From a virus (taxonomy: Duplodnaviria > Caudoviricetes), in the IMG/VR virus record IMGVR_UViG_3300025727_000815, positions 1 through 54,442 of that record: DNA of 54,442 nt; one strand, given 5' to 3'. This document shows positions 8,742 through 17,525 of this stretch, piece by piece. Position numbers and translations under genes: made by a program. The stretch's first letter is position 1, and every line of letters begins with the position of its first letter. A model generated the notes under the pieces. That model was not told where the DNA came from. It did not search any database and was given only the letters and a program-made list of their open reading frames with translations.

Positions 8742-8771
8742 AATATACGCATAAAATACCATATAAGTCAA
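8742..8771 (-). promoter_or_regulatory. Early promoter TTGACT-N18-TATATT, convergent with 8659-8688
   Basis: Exact hexamers, 18-nt spacer. Confidence 0.8.
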
Positions 8772-9418
8772 GCTTTATTTTAATTATTTTGATATTTGAG
8801 TGGTTTTGAGAGATAGGTGGGCGAATAATCCAAAATAATATTGTGTGACAAAATGACATAGATGAGTTTGGATTTAGCGCTCTATGTGTGGAAATTACCC
8901 CCTATGACAAAAAGTCAGAGTCAAGAGATGAAAGCTTTATATATTTGAGAGTATTGTATTTTTTAGATTATCCTTAGATATGACTATTGGTATTAAAAGG
9001 TGGGTAAGTGTGGGGGAAAGTAGGTTATTTAACCTATTGTAATTTTAGAGAAGTGTCAAAAGATATTTTAAAACTTGATACTATTTTTTTATTCTACGAA
9101 TCAACCAAGTCCAATAAATAAGACATAAAATGGTGAGTATTACGGTAATCATTCCCGAGTTAAGTGTTTTTCCACCACACTCTACCAAGTACTATTATTA
9201 AAAATCCCATAAGAATAAGAGTTAAATTCATATTATTTTTTACCTTTGAAGGTATGTGTCGTAAGGTTGAATATAAATAGTAGATAGAGTAAATAAAATT
9301 ATGGAATTGGGGGTAGAAGCTAAGATATAAGAAGAATCAAAGATTCTTGAATAGAGTTGTGGATGAAATCCACACATTAAAGTCGCGGTATACTAAGCCA
9401 ATATTGACTTAATAAACA

Positions 9419-9694
9419 TCAAAGATGTTTGATTGATTCTATCAGTCTTTCAATAGATTTTAATATTTTAGAAGGTATATCGTGTTTCAGACATATATAC
9501 AATACGAGCAAAATGATTAAGTGTGTCTTGTATGGGTTGGGTGGAATTGAAATCTCAAGTGCGATATAGATTGATATCAAACACTGTAGTGTATATTTAA
9601 TGGCTCTTTTTATCTTCATTTGGGATTCATATGGGTCTATTGGTATGTACATATAGGGGAGTCGTCTATCTACTAACGATGAACCTGTTTCCAA
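9419..9694 (-). CDS. Hypothetical membrane protein
   Basis: Two hydrophobic stretches; start uncertain. Confidence 0.4.
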   Translation of the reverse strand: METGSSLVDRRLPYMYIPIDPYESQMKIKRAIKYTLQCLISIYIALEISIPPNPYKTHLIILLVLYICLKHDIPSKILKSIERLIESIKHL

Positions 9695-10086
9695 TTCCCA
9701 TTCATTACAACGTCTGGAAAGTTGTCACCTTCAACCTCACCATCACTAAACCTTTGAGGTTTATTACTAAACCTTCGTCTATCTCTATCTCTATCGATGA
9801 ATCCCAAGTCGTTGGGATCAAATCCCAAGTCTAATGGAGTATGATCGGTACCCTTCCAATCACGAATGTTTTGTTCACTTACCTTTACCCTATAGACACT
9901 CTTCAAAGCGTTATCCACTATTCTCTTCTCTCTATAGTATCTTGTATTGGAAAACCATATTGGCATTTTATCACTCAAATAGTCGTCTCCCTTTCTCAAT
10001 AGGAGTGATATTTTATATACGATATATTTTCCAAGATTCATAATTGTCCTTCCTATCGAGATTATAATTGGATCAGGTGGTCTCAT
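9673..10086 (-). CDS. Hypothetical protein
   Basis: Likely start MRPPD overlapping the stop of the upstream gene. Confidence 0.55.
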   Translation of the reverse strand: MRPPDPIIISIGRTIMNLGKYIVYKISLLLRKGDDYLSDKMPIWFSNTRYYREKRIVDNALKSVYRVKVSEQNIRDWKGTDHTPLDLGFDPNDLGFIDRDRDRRRFSNKPQRFSDGEVEGDNFPDVVMNGNWKQVHR

Positions 10087-10577
10087 CAATTTATTCCCAT
10101 CTCTACCCAACCAAGAATGTTCCATTCTTCAATTGCTGGGAGGGAAGACAATTTGATGACTTTATCCACTATGAGATGATTGGATATATCTAAATATGAT
10201 TCATCATCTGCTATATCATTTGATCTATCATCTATTGGATGTACCAACATTAAAAAAGCCCTACTTGTCTTTTGGGGAACAAATAAGGCTTTTTCATCAA
10301 TCTCACTATATGATGTTTCATCATTAATCTTGAGATTGTTAATGCGGTTACTCTCTAATTCGTAATGAATTAAAGCACGAGGGGAACTCTCATTTCTTTG
10401 AGTATCCATTTTATCTTTACCTTGAAAATCCGCTAGGATTTTTGAGGATTGGGATGACAAAGTTACGAGTGTTTTGAAATTGTGTAGTGGAAAGGTTTCA
10501 CCGTTTTTTTGTTGAGTCCTAGAAATAGGACTTACAAGAATAAACAATAATAATAACGGGAAAATATTTTTTATCAT
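10086..10577 (-). CDS. Secreted/exported hypothetical protein
   Basis: Likely start MIKNIFPLLLLFILVSPIS, a signal-peptide-like segment. Confidence 0.6.
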   Translation of the reverse strand: MIKNIFPLLLLFILVSPISRTQQKNGETFPLHNFKTLVTLSSQSSKILADFQGKDKMDTQRNESSPRALIHYELESNRINNLKINDETSYSEIDEKALFVPQKTSRAFLMLVHPIDDRSNDIADDESYLDISNHLIVDKVIKLSSLPAIEEWNILGWVEMGIN

Positions 10578-10717
10578 TTGATGGTGGTCACTTCTACCTT
10601 TACTTAACATTCGGTTACACATGTAACTCTCTCAATTATATATATCTATATATATTTTTTTGAAGTTATTTATTTTGTGTTTTTGGGGTTTTTTATTAAA
10701 TAATCACTTTAACTTAC

Positions 10718-10755
10718 AAAAAAACCTCACAAAATAAATCGTGAGGCTTTTTTTT
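10718..10755 (-). terminator. Intrinsic terminator (possibly bidirectional)
   Basis: CCTCAC/GTGAGG stem flanked by an A7 run and a T8 run. Confidence 0.75.
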
Positions 10756-10903
10756 GAAGGGTTGTGATCGGTCGACTCTCCCCAAGTTGCAACTCGAGTA
10801 GATCATTAACCCTTACATGATTAAACTATTTACACCTTCAACTTTGGATAATTTTGAAATAACATTGTTAAAACCTTTTATTGTCTAAAAAAATTTTTCT
10901 TTT

Positions 10904-11152
10904 CTATGTAAACATATCATATATGTGTTTGACAAATAACCCTACAAAACCCGCACCCATTACACTTCTCCATTTACTAGTATCTTTTCTAAACTGGGTA
11001 TTTTGTCTTGATTCTGACCATAATCCTTCGTGTGGATTGAATAGATTTTCTTTAATAAACTTAATATCATCTCGCATTTCTTTGGTACGATCTTCATGAT
11101 GTTCTAGTCTTTCTAATATAACATTCAAATCTTTTACATCTTGTCCATTCAT
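10904..11152 (-). CDS. Small coiled-coil + C-terminal TM protein (holin-like architecture)
   Basis: LERLEHHEDRTKEMRDDIKFIKE followed by VMGAGFVGLFV. Confidence 0.6.
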   Translation of the reverse strand: MNGQDVKDLNVILERLEHHEDRTKEMRDDIKFIKENLFNPHEGLWSESRQNTQFRKDTSKWRSVMGAGFVGLFVKHIYDMFT

Positions 11153-11212
11153 TTATTATTTCCCGTTAGATTGTATAATCACGTTCAAGTATAAATATAA
11201 AACTAGCAAATT

Positions 11213-11917
11213 TTAATCATCTTTAAACAAATCATCAAGTGATATATTCACATCTGATAAATCACCGAACGTTTTTGTATCTACTGTAGTGTCTATCTTA
11301 TCTTCTTTCTTATGTTCCATAGTTGGTTCTGGAACCTTTTCATCATGTTCCTTTTCCATCTCTTTTTCTCTATCGGTTTGTTTAAATACTTTCCACATAT
11401 TTCTTCGTAAATACATTACATCCTTTGGAGTCTTCATCATCTTACCAACTGGTTTAATTAAGAAGAAACAATTATAACATAACAATCTGATATTTTCTGG
11501 AACGTGATTTGACCCATCTCCATCTAAAAAATCTATAATGAATGGACCTTTCCCATCCATATCTCGAGTTTCTTCATATCCACAATTTGAACATCTTTGT
11601 ACGAAATGTCCAGACCTAACTAATAACGCCTGTAATTTCCAATGTGGATAATTTGGATGACTTCCACCAAATATATCATTAACCGTTACTCCAAATCCTG
11701 TTGATCCACCTTTGGGAACTCCCGCACCACCTATGTTTTTATTCTGTTCAAACAAGTCATACATAATGGCGTACTTCTTGAACGTGTTATAACTAACACC
11801 TAATACTCGAGCGGCTCCCTTGAGTGATAGACTATTCTCTATCGCCCATTGAATCCTACCTTTTGGTATTTGTGTCCCTTTGTAGGGATTTCTACCTTTT
11901 GGTTCTCCTAGGGGCAT
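11213..11917 (-). CDS. HTH + HNH-like zinc-binding endonuclease-family protein
   Basis: SLKGAARVLGVSYNTFKKY (HTH); CSNCG...DGDGSNHVPENIRLLCYNC. Confidence 0.75.
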   Translation of the reverse strand: MPLGEPKGRNPYKGTQIPKGRIQWAIENSLSLKGAARVLGVSYNTFKKYAIMYDLFEQNKNIGGAGVPKGGSTGFGVTVNDIFGGSHPNYPHWKLQALLVRSGHFVQRCSNCGYEETRDMDGKGPFIIDFLDGDGSNHVPENIRLLCYNCFFLIKPVGKMMKTPKDVMYLRRNMWKVFKQTDREKEMEKEHDEKVPEPTMEHKKEDKIDTTVDTKTFGDLSDVNISLDDLFKDD

Positions 11918-12119
11918 TCTTAGTCCTTGTTTTTCTTGGTTTTGGTTTTGGTGAAGTCTGTATATCTATTTCTTCACGTAAAGCTTTTCTTTGAAACCTA
12001 AGATCAATAATCTCTGTTTCCATATCTGTAACCTTACCACTACATAACATTCCACCTATAATCAATCCTAGAGGTGCTCCTATAAAAACACCTACTAATA
12101 CCCACAATGCTTCGTGCAT
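11892..12119 (-). CDS. Small membrane protein
   Basis: N-terminal TM, coiled coil, basic tail; AGGAG RBS. Confidence 0.7.
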   Translation of the reverse strand: MHEALWVLVGVFIGAPLGLIIGGMLCSGKVTDMETEIIDLRFQRKALREEIDIQTSPKPKPRKTRTKNAPRRTKR

Positions 12120-12140
12120 AATACTCTCCTATAACTTGAT

Positions 12141-12263
12141 TTATTTAGCTGGACTTAAAATATTTTTCATACCATTTACAACTCTTGTCCAAAAAGCAGA
12201 CTCTTGTGTTTTCTTAGTTGCTCTTTTTTTACTAGTAGTTGTTTTTTTCTTTGATTTTGGCAT
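12141..12263 (-). CDS. Small Lys-rich protein (40 aa)
   Basis: MPKSKKKTTTSKKRATKKTQESAFWTRVVNGMKNILSPAK; AGGAG RBS. Confidence 0.65.
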   Translation of the reverse strand: MPKSKKKTTTSKKRATKKTQESAFWTRVVNGMKNILSPAK

Positions 12264-12265
12264 AA

Positions 12266-12424
12266 CTATTCTCCTGTTTTTTCTTCTGTTAATAACTGTT
12301 TAGTTTCTTCTTTAGTTTCATTCTTTTTTAAACGTGTTTCTATATCAGTCAATTTCGCTAGAATATCTTTTAAAATTTCTATTACGGGATTAGCTTCTTC
12401 ATAACTTAACTTATATTTATCCAT
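12266..12424 (-). CDS. Small coiled-coil protein (52 aa)
   Basis: MDKYKLSYEEANPVIEILKDILAKLTDIETRLKK...; AAGGAG upstream; TAATG coupling. Confidence 0.65.
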   Translation of the reverse strand: MDKYKLSYEEANPVIEILKDILAKLTDIETRLKKNETKEETKQLLTEEKTGE

Positions 12425-13101
12425 TATTTCTTCTCCTTAAAAACTGATTTACCAAAAAAGGTATTCTTAGCTTTGTCTATCAAAGTAGTAACTTCCCCTA
12501 ATTCTTTATGTAAACCATCCAATTTATCATATAATTTCCCAATCTCTTTCTTTACCGAATCTGATTGTGCTGTAATTGTATTATCTAATGTATTAGTTAA
12601 ATCTGTAGTGGTTTTATTTAAATCTTCTCTAACAGAATATTTTAAGTCTGATATTAAACCTTGTGTTTCTGAAGCCAACACCACAATTCTTTCATTGATT
12701 TCATCTACTTGTGCAGACATATCAATTATATCTTGTTGTGATGGCACTTTATTTAAAACTTTAATTTTAAGTTGTTCTAACTGACTCTCAATCTTTTTTG
12801 TACTAACACTCTCTAACTTCGTTTCAAGTATATCTAATTCACTTTCCACATTACCATATATAGAATCTAACATACCTATTGAACCATAATAAATTCCAAC
12901 CATATAACCTGATAATCCTACTATGGTACTTACTATTGTACCTACTATTAATTGTTTTACATTCATTTGTTTATCACTCCATCCTATTATATTATGTTCT
13001 TTTTTGTAATCTTCGTGGTTTGCCCACATACCCAATATCCACATAACTACTGTTACTGGCATCAGATAAATTATAAACCATATCCAAGTGTCATCCATCA
13101 T
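12424..13101 (-). CDS. Membrane-anchored coiled-coil protein
   Basis: Two TM segments then heptad-rich region. Confidence 0.7.
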   Translation of the reverse strand: MMDDTWIWFIIYLMPVTVVMWILGMWANHEDYKKEHNIIGWSDKQMNVKQLIVGTIVSTIVGLSGYMVGIYYGSIGMLDSIYGNVESELDILETKLESVSTKKIESQLEQLKIKVLNKVPSQQDIIDMSAQVDEINERIVVLASETQGLISDLKYSVREDLNKTTTDLTNTLDNTITAQSDSVKKEIGKLYDKLDGLHKELGEVTTLIDKAKNTFFGKSVFKEKK

Positions 13102-13115
13102 ATCACTTCACTAAT

Positions 13116-13340
13116 TTAAAATAACTTAAGTTCTTCATCTGTTATTGATTTTTCCTCTACCCACCACGCAGGATATTTGTATGTTGTTCCCTTTACTTCC
13201 CATAACTCATCAAATTTTTCATCATATAATTGTTTAACTCCCATGAAATATGTTCTCGCCCCGCTAATACCAACATCATCTGACAAATCTATTGTTGTGA
13301 TAATTTCCTTCGTGCGTCTATCAACAAGACGGTATTTCAT
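13116..13340 (-). CDS. Hypothetical protein
   Basis: 74 aa; AGGAG RBS. Confidence 0.7.
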   Translation of the reverse strand: MKYRLVDRRTKEIITTIDLSDDVGISGARTYFMGVKQLYDEKFDELWEVKGTTYKYPAWWVEEKSITDEELKLF

Positions 13341-13350
13341 ATTATATCTC

Positions 13351-13461
13351 CTATTTAACTTTACTGTCTATCCATTTCTTTCCAAAATACATTATACCTA
13401 ACCAAATAGATATTTCAATTACCTCAAGATATCCAAGATTATTTAATACTCCCACATCCAT
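13351..13461 (-). CDS. Small single-TM protein (36 aa)
   Basis: MDVGVLNNLGYLEVIEISIWLGIMYFGKKWIDSKVK; AGGAG RBS. Confidence 0.6.
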   Translation of the reverse strand: MDVGVLNNLGYLEVIEISIWLGIMYFGKKWIDSKVK

Positions 13462-13470
13462 TTTATTCTC

Positions 13471-14016
13471 CTAATCTAATACAATTGGTATCTCTATAGT
13501 TTTCCAATCAGTAAATGCCCACTCAAAATAAGTAGCCCATATATACATAGTATCACCTACCATTGTTTGAATTGGAGCAATCATATTATTTATTTCACCT
13601 TTTCCATTACTATAACTTACTTGATTGGTAGTAGGAACTTCTTGTCCTTTAAATCCAATAGCGTAAGAAGTATCTAATGATACATATTGTCCATCCGAAT
13701 TTATAGTTCTTCGTACGATATATCCCAATGTATCACCCATATACCAATAATGAGAAGATTCCCATTCTACTCTCAAATTTGGTACATACGCAGTAGTATC
13801 TGATGTAAATGCCAGTCCTTCAATCCTATGAAGTGTTTGCCATTTTTCCTTATTCAATTGTAAATGAAAATATCCATTTACATCTTGTTGTAATCTAGGA
13901 TTTAACACTACTGATATTTCATCAAACTCTTCCTCTAAGTCTGGTTTATATATCATAGAACCATCACAACCAAATGTGAATAGTAGTATTCCTAAACTAA
14001 CGAGTATTTTTAACAT
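13471..14016 (-). CDS. Putative lipoprotein
   Basis: MLKILVSLGILLFTFG-C lipobox-like signal; AAGGAG upstream of this start. Confidence 0.7.
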   Translation of the reverse strand: MLKILVSLGILLFTFGCDGSMIYKPDLEEEFDEISVVLNPRLQQDVNGYFHLQLNKEKWQTLHRIEGLAFTSDTTAYVPNLRVEWESSHYWYMGDTLGYIVRRTINSDGQYVSLDTSYAIGFKGQEVPTTNQVSYSNGKGEINNMIAPIQTMVGDTMYIWATYFEWAFTDWKTIEIPIVLD

Positions 14017-14209
14017 TTTTACTCTTTCTCCTTTTTGTATTCCAAGTTTTTTTCTTATTTCTCTTTTCAAGGTCTTTCTTTATACCTTTCCATTCTTTTT
14101 TATTATGTGTTTTTTCTTTATGATTGGTTTTCTTTTTTATTTCTACTTTCACAGTTTCATCTTCCAACTCATCAGCGAAATCTAACCAATCTTTAATGTT
14201 AGTATTCAT
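13997..14209 (-). CDS. Small basic protein
   Basis: 70 aa, Lys-rich; downstream of promoter 14245-14274. Confidence 0.6.
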   Translation of the reverse strand: MNTNIKDWLDFADELEDETVKVEIKKKTNHKEKTHNKKEWKGIKKDLEKRNKKKTWNTKRRKSKNVKNTR

Positions 14210-14244
14210 TGTAAATATATTTATTTAAATTTAACTAACACTAT

Positions 14245-14274
14245 AATATACACATAAATTGCTATACGAGTCAA
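14245..14274 (-). promoter_or_regulatory. Early promoter TTGACT-N18-TATATT
   Basis: The -35 box overlaps the TGA stop of 14271..14516. Confidence 0.8.
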
Positions 14275-14516
14275 GCATTTTTTTGTATTTTTAAGGTTGT
14301 GAGGGTATCAATAAATTGATCTAATGATATAACTTCACCTGTTTCTTTCTTAACAGTTACTTTTTCTAACAATTCAGGTTTTATATCCTTTATATTCATA
14401 AGAGCCTCAAATCCCTTTTCTGGATAAAATTTACCAAAACTTTCTTCTCCTAAAACATTTGAATCAAAATAGACATCTTTTTCAGAATCTCCTGTCAGTA
14501 ATAAATAGTATAACAT
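14271..14516 (-). CDS. Hypothetical protein
   Basis: 81-aa ORF in operon. Confidence 0.7.
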   Translation of the reverse strand: MLYYLLLTGDSEKDVYFDSNVLGEESFGKFYPEKGFEALMNIKDIKPELLEKVTVKKETGEVISLDQFIDTLTTLKIQKNA

Positions 14517-14520
14517 AACG

Positions 14521-15390
14521 CTAAATTATATAATTTTCTCTTATAAACTGTATGATATCACCTTTGGGTTTCCAACCTAATTCTTTTCTGGCTTTCGTAT
14601 CAACACACAAACTTTCTCTTACTTCACCTTCCCATTTAGGTATATATTCTTTTGGATATTCCTTTCCAAATCCTTCCACTAACTCATTAATTGAATAATT
14701 TTTCCCATTACCAAATTCAAATTCTTCTCCAATGTGTCTACCGAGTGTTGTACGATGTGAAACTCTTATCAACCCATCTACTATATCTTCCACATTAGTA
14801 AAATCTCGTCTTTGTTCACCATCTCCTGTAATAGTTAAAGGTTCTCCATTTTTAAACTGTCTCTCAAAAATTCCCAATACATTACAATACGCCCCATCTG
14901 AAGCCTGGTGATGTCCATATACATTATAAAATCTACATATAGTAACAGGTAATTTAAATATATTAGAATACATCTTACAAACCTCTTCACCCAACCATTT
15001 GGTAAAGGTATATGGGTTAGCGTATTTATCTCCGTGTATTGAAGATGACCCTGCATATACTACAGGAATATTTCCATTAGTCCTTGCCCACTCACATATA
15101 TTTTGAGTACTAACCACATTTGAATTAAATGTAATACTTGGGGCTTCAAATGATGGTTGAATTCTTGGTAATGCGGCAATATGAAATATCACATCTGGGT
15201 TATCCATAAAGAATGAATAATCTTTTGTTAGTCTTAAATCTACATCAAAATATTTACAACCCTTTTGTTCATTTTCTTTTTTACCAGTAGAATAATTATC
15301 TATTGATACTACTTCGTGTCCGTCTTTTAATAATCTCTTTATTAGGTTCGTACCGATAAACCCAGCACCACCTGTTACTAATATTTTCAT
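14521..15390 (-). CDS. NAD-dependent epimerase/dehydratase
   Basis: TGGAGFIG, YTFTK (YxxxK), RFYNVYG, DGEQRRDF. Confidence 0.92.
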   Translation of the reverse strand: MKILVTGGAGFIGTNLIKRLLKDGHEVVSIDNYSTGKKENEQKGCKYFDVDLRLTKDYSFFMDNPDVIFHIAALPRIQPSFEAPSITFNSNVVSTQNICEWARTNGNIPVVYAGSSSIHGDKYANPYTFTKWLGEEVCKMYSNIFKLPVTICRFYNVYGHHQASDGAYCNVLGIFERQFKNGEPLTITGDGEQRRDFTNVEDIVDGLIRVSHRTTLGRHIGEEFEFGNGKNYSINELVEGFGKEYPKEYIPKWEGEVRESLCVDTKARKELGWKPKGDIIQFIRENYII

Positions 15391-16589
15391 ATCAATTCTT
15401 TTTCATAAGTTTTCATTGACTTTATATTAAACTTAAATATATCAAATTCCATTTCACCTATTTCTCCTGAATCTTGAATGATATCTGATAATTTAACTAT
15501 TATCTGAAAATTATTTACATTTAATTGATTTGTATCAAATCTAACCACTATATCATTCTTTGGTTCAATATGATCTGAATGGATCTTCTTACTCAAATCT
15601 ATTAGAGTATTTTTTTGTTCGTCTTTTATATAACCATTTGCTCCATATCCTTTATGTCCCACCCAATCACCATAGATATCTGAACACCAAGGTTCTAATT
15701 CTTTTAACATTTGAGTATTACAATTCTCAACTACAAACCCTATATCATATTTTGGTGATACAATAGGTTTCATCATTTCATCGTGTTGTACCATTGTTCC
15801 CCACTTACGAATAAAATTTCTCATATTCTTAGTAGTAGTATGTATCCACTCAGGACTATCTTTACCTGGTGCTCCACCTGCCATTGGATTAAACCTACTA
15901 CCTCTACTTGTCATATGATATACTAAACCTTTCCAAGTTTGAACAAATTTGTAATCTAATAAATGCATTCTATTAAATATATCCGAGTCCTCTTTGGATT
16001 GAGGTGCAAACAATTCATCATGCCCACCAACCTTCTCATAGTCCTCTTTATAAATTGCCCACGGCGCAAATATACCTTCAGTAGTTTCTTTTAATTCTTG
16101 CTCAATAATCTTTGTCCAGGGAGTTTTCTCTTCTAAAAACTTCATAAGTCCTAATTCATCAAATTCTTCAGGTTCTATACCAAAATCTTGTAATATCTTT
16201 TCTGGACCATCTGGATGTAGTGGTGGTTCTATACGAGTTGCACTTACGACTGTACCTCTTTCCAAATGTTTCAATATCTCTGTATCTAAATTTGGGCAAG
16301 CATACATATCTGCGTGTAAAAACATAACTATATCGTTGGAAGCCTTCTCACATAAAAAATCATACCAATAAACAATTCCTTTTCTCTCTGGACCTTCATT
16401 TCGAAATATCTGTACATTTGTATCTTTATCTTTTACTTCTTGTAAATATTCCCAAGTACCGTCAGTAGAAAAATCATCAGCTAATAAAATCTCGTGGGTG
16501 TAACCAAGGTTCTTTCTTATACTATTATATGACCATTCTAAATATTTTTTATTATTTCGGGATGGAATTACAAAACTAATTAATTTCAT
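15387..16589 (-). CDS. Glycosyltransferase family 2
   Basis: SFVIPSRN, ADDFSTDGT, HAD, KEDSD. Confidence 0.88.
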   Translation of the reverse strand: MKLISFVIPSRNNKKYLEWSYNSIRKNLGYTHEILLADDFSTDGTWEYLQEVKDKDTNVQIFRNEGPERKGIVYWYDFLCEKASNDIVMFLHADMYACPNLDTEILKHLERGTVVSATRIEPPLHPDGPEKILQDFGIEPEEFDELGLMKFLEEKTPWTKIIEQELKETTEGIFAPWAIYKEDYEKVGGHDELFAPQSKEDSDIFNRMHLLDYKFVQTWKGLVYHMTSRGSRFNPMAGGAPGKDSPEWIHTTTKNMRNFIRKWGTMVQHDEMMKPIVSPKYDIGFVVENCNTQMLKELEPWCSDIYGDWVGHKGYGANGYIKDEQKNTLIDLSKKIHSDHIEPKNDIVVRFDTNQLNVNNFQIIVKLSDIIQDSGEIGEMEFDIFKFNIKSMKTYEKELI

Positions 16590-17155
16590 GTTCTAATTAC
16601 TCCTAAATATGATATGGTATGAATACCATCTGTATCTATCATTTCAAAACCTAATGATTTAATTTTATCTACTTCCTTTTCATATATGTAATTATTATAT
16701 TTTGGTCCATGTATATCTTCTATTATATATATCCCACCTTCGTTAAGTCTATTTTTCAAATTCTTATATGTTTTCATTTGAGATTCGGGGTGATGATCTC
16801 CATCATCTATTATTATATCAAATCTTAGGTCTCCAAATCTACCGTGACCTAACAATTTATCAACTTTCTCCGTATCTGTAGAATCACATTTAAACTCCCC
16901 ACCGTGATTAACATCCATTCCATAAACTTTACCCTTTGTAAAATAATCTCTCCACAATTTTAAAGAATTTCCGTTTTCTACTCCAACTTCCAACATATTA
17001 ATCTCTTTATCTTGATATGGTGCAAACCACTCACTATAATATTTTATATAATTATGTTCACCTTTATCTGTTGAATACGACGTATGATTTACCCAGTCTC
17101 GGCCTGGAGTAGATGCTTCTTCCGCACCTCTCTCAAAAAGTTCTAGTAATGTCAT
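16586..17155 (-). CDS. Class I SAM-dependent methyltransferase (sugar O-methyltransferase-like)
   Basis: LEVGVENGNS, FDIIIDDGDH, GGIYIIED. Confidence 0.85.
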   Translation of the reverse strand: MTLLELFERGAEEASTPGRDWVNHTSYSTDKGEHNYIKYYSEWFAPYQDKEINMLEVGVENGNSLKLWRDYFTKGKVYGMDVNHGGEFKCDSTDTEKVDKLLGHGRFGDLRFDIIIDDGDHHPESQMKTYKNLKNRLNEGGIYIIEDIHGPKYNNYIYEKEVDKIKSLGFEMIDTDGIHTISYLGVIRT

Positions 17156-17525
17156 CTACTTTCTCCCATTTATCATTAGAATCTAATTTAAATGCTCCTA
17201 TGAATATTTGATCCCATTGGTCTGGTTCTATCAAAGATAAAAACAATCCGTTTTCTCTCTGATACAAATAATATGTATGTCCTTTTATTGGTTCAAACTT
17301 AAAATCTGAACTAAATACCAACTTACTCCATTCATAAGCTTCAATTAACTTTCTATATTCTTCTTTTATTTCATTATATCTAGCTTTAAAATAATGATTA
17401 GTCTTAGTTATTTTTTCACTTTTCCAAGTATCCACTGATGTGGGTTTGATGGCTGGCGCACCTACATTACTTCCGTAAGGTAATATTCCAGGATTATCTG
17501 CAACATTATCTGGTTTCTTACTCAC
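17133..17525 (-). CDS. DUF2452-like protein
   Basis: PYGSNVGAP...FEPIKGHTYYLY...LSLIEP..W pattern recalled for the family. Confidence 0.65.
   Translation of the reverse strand: MSKKPDNVADNPGILPYGSNVGAPAIKPTSVDTWKSEKITKTNHYFKARYNEIKEEYRKLIEAYEWSKLVFSSDFKFEPIKGHTYYLYQRENGLFLSLIEPDQWDQIFIGAFKLDSNDKWEKVDDITRTF

Noticed and set aside
3171-8790. Recurring ~45-bp repeat as a CRISPR array or integron attC sites
   Set aside because: Spacing is irregular and gene-sized, copies are degenerate and not palindromic, they match a -35/-10 promoter, and no cas operon or integrase is present
14835-15056. Nested - strand ORF (also 40050..40268)
   Set aside because: Alternate-frame ORFs inside clear enzyme genes, with no independent support
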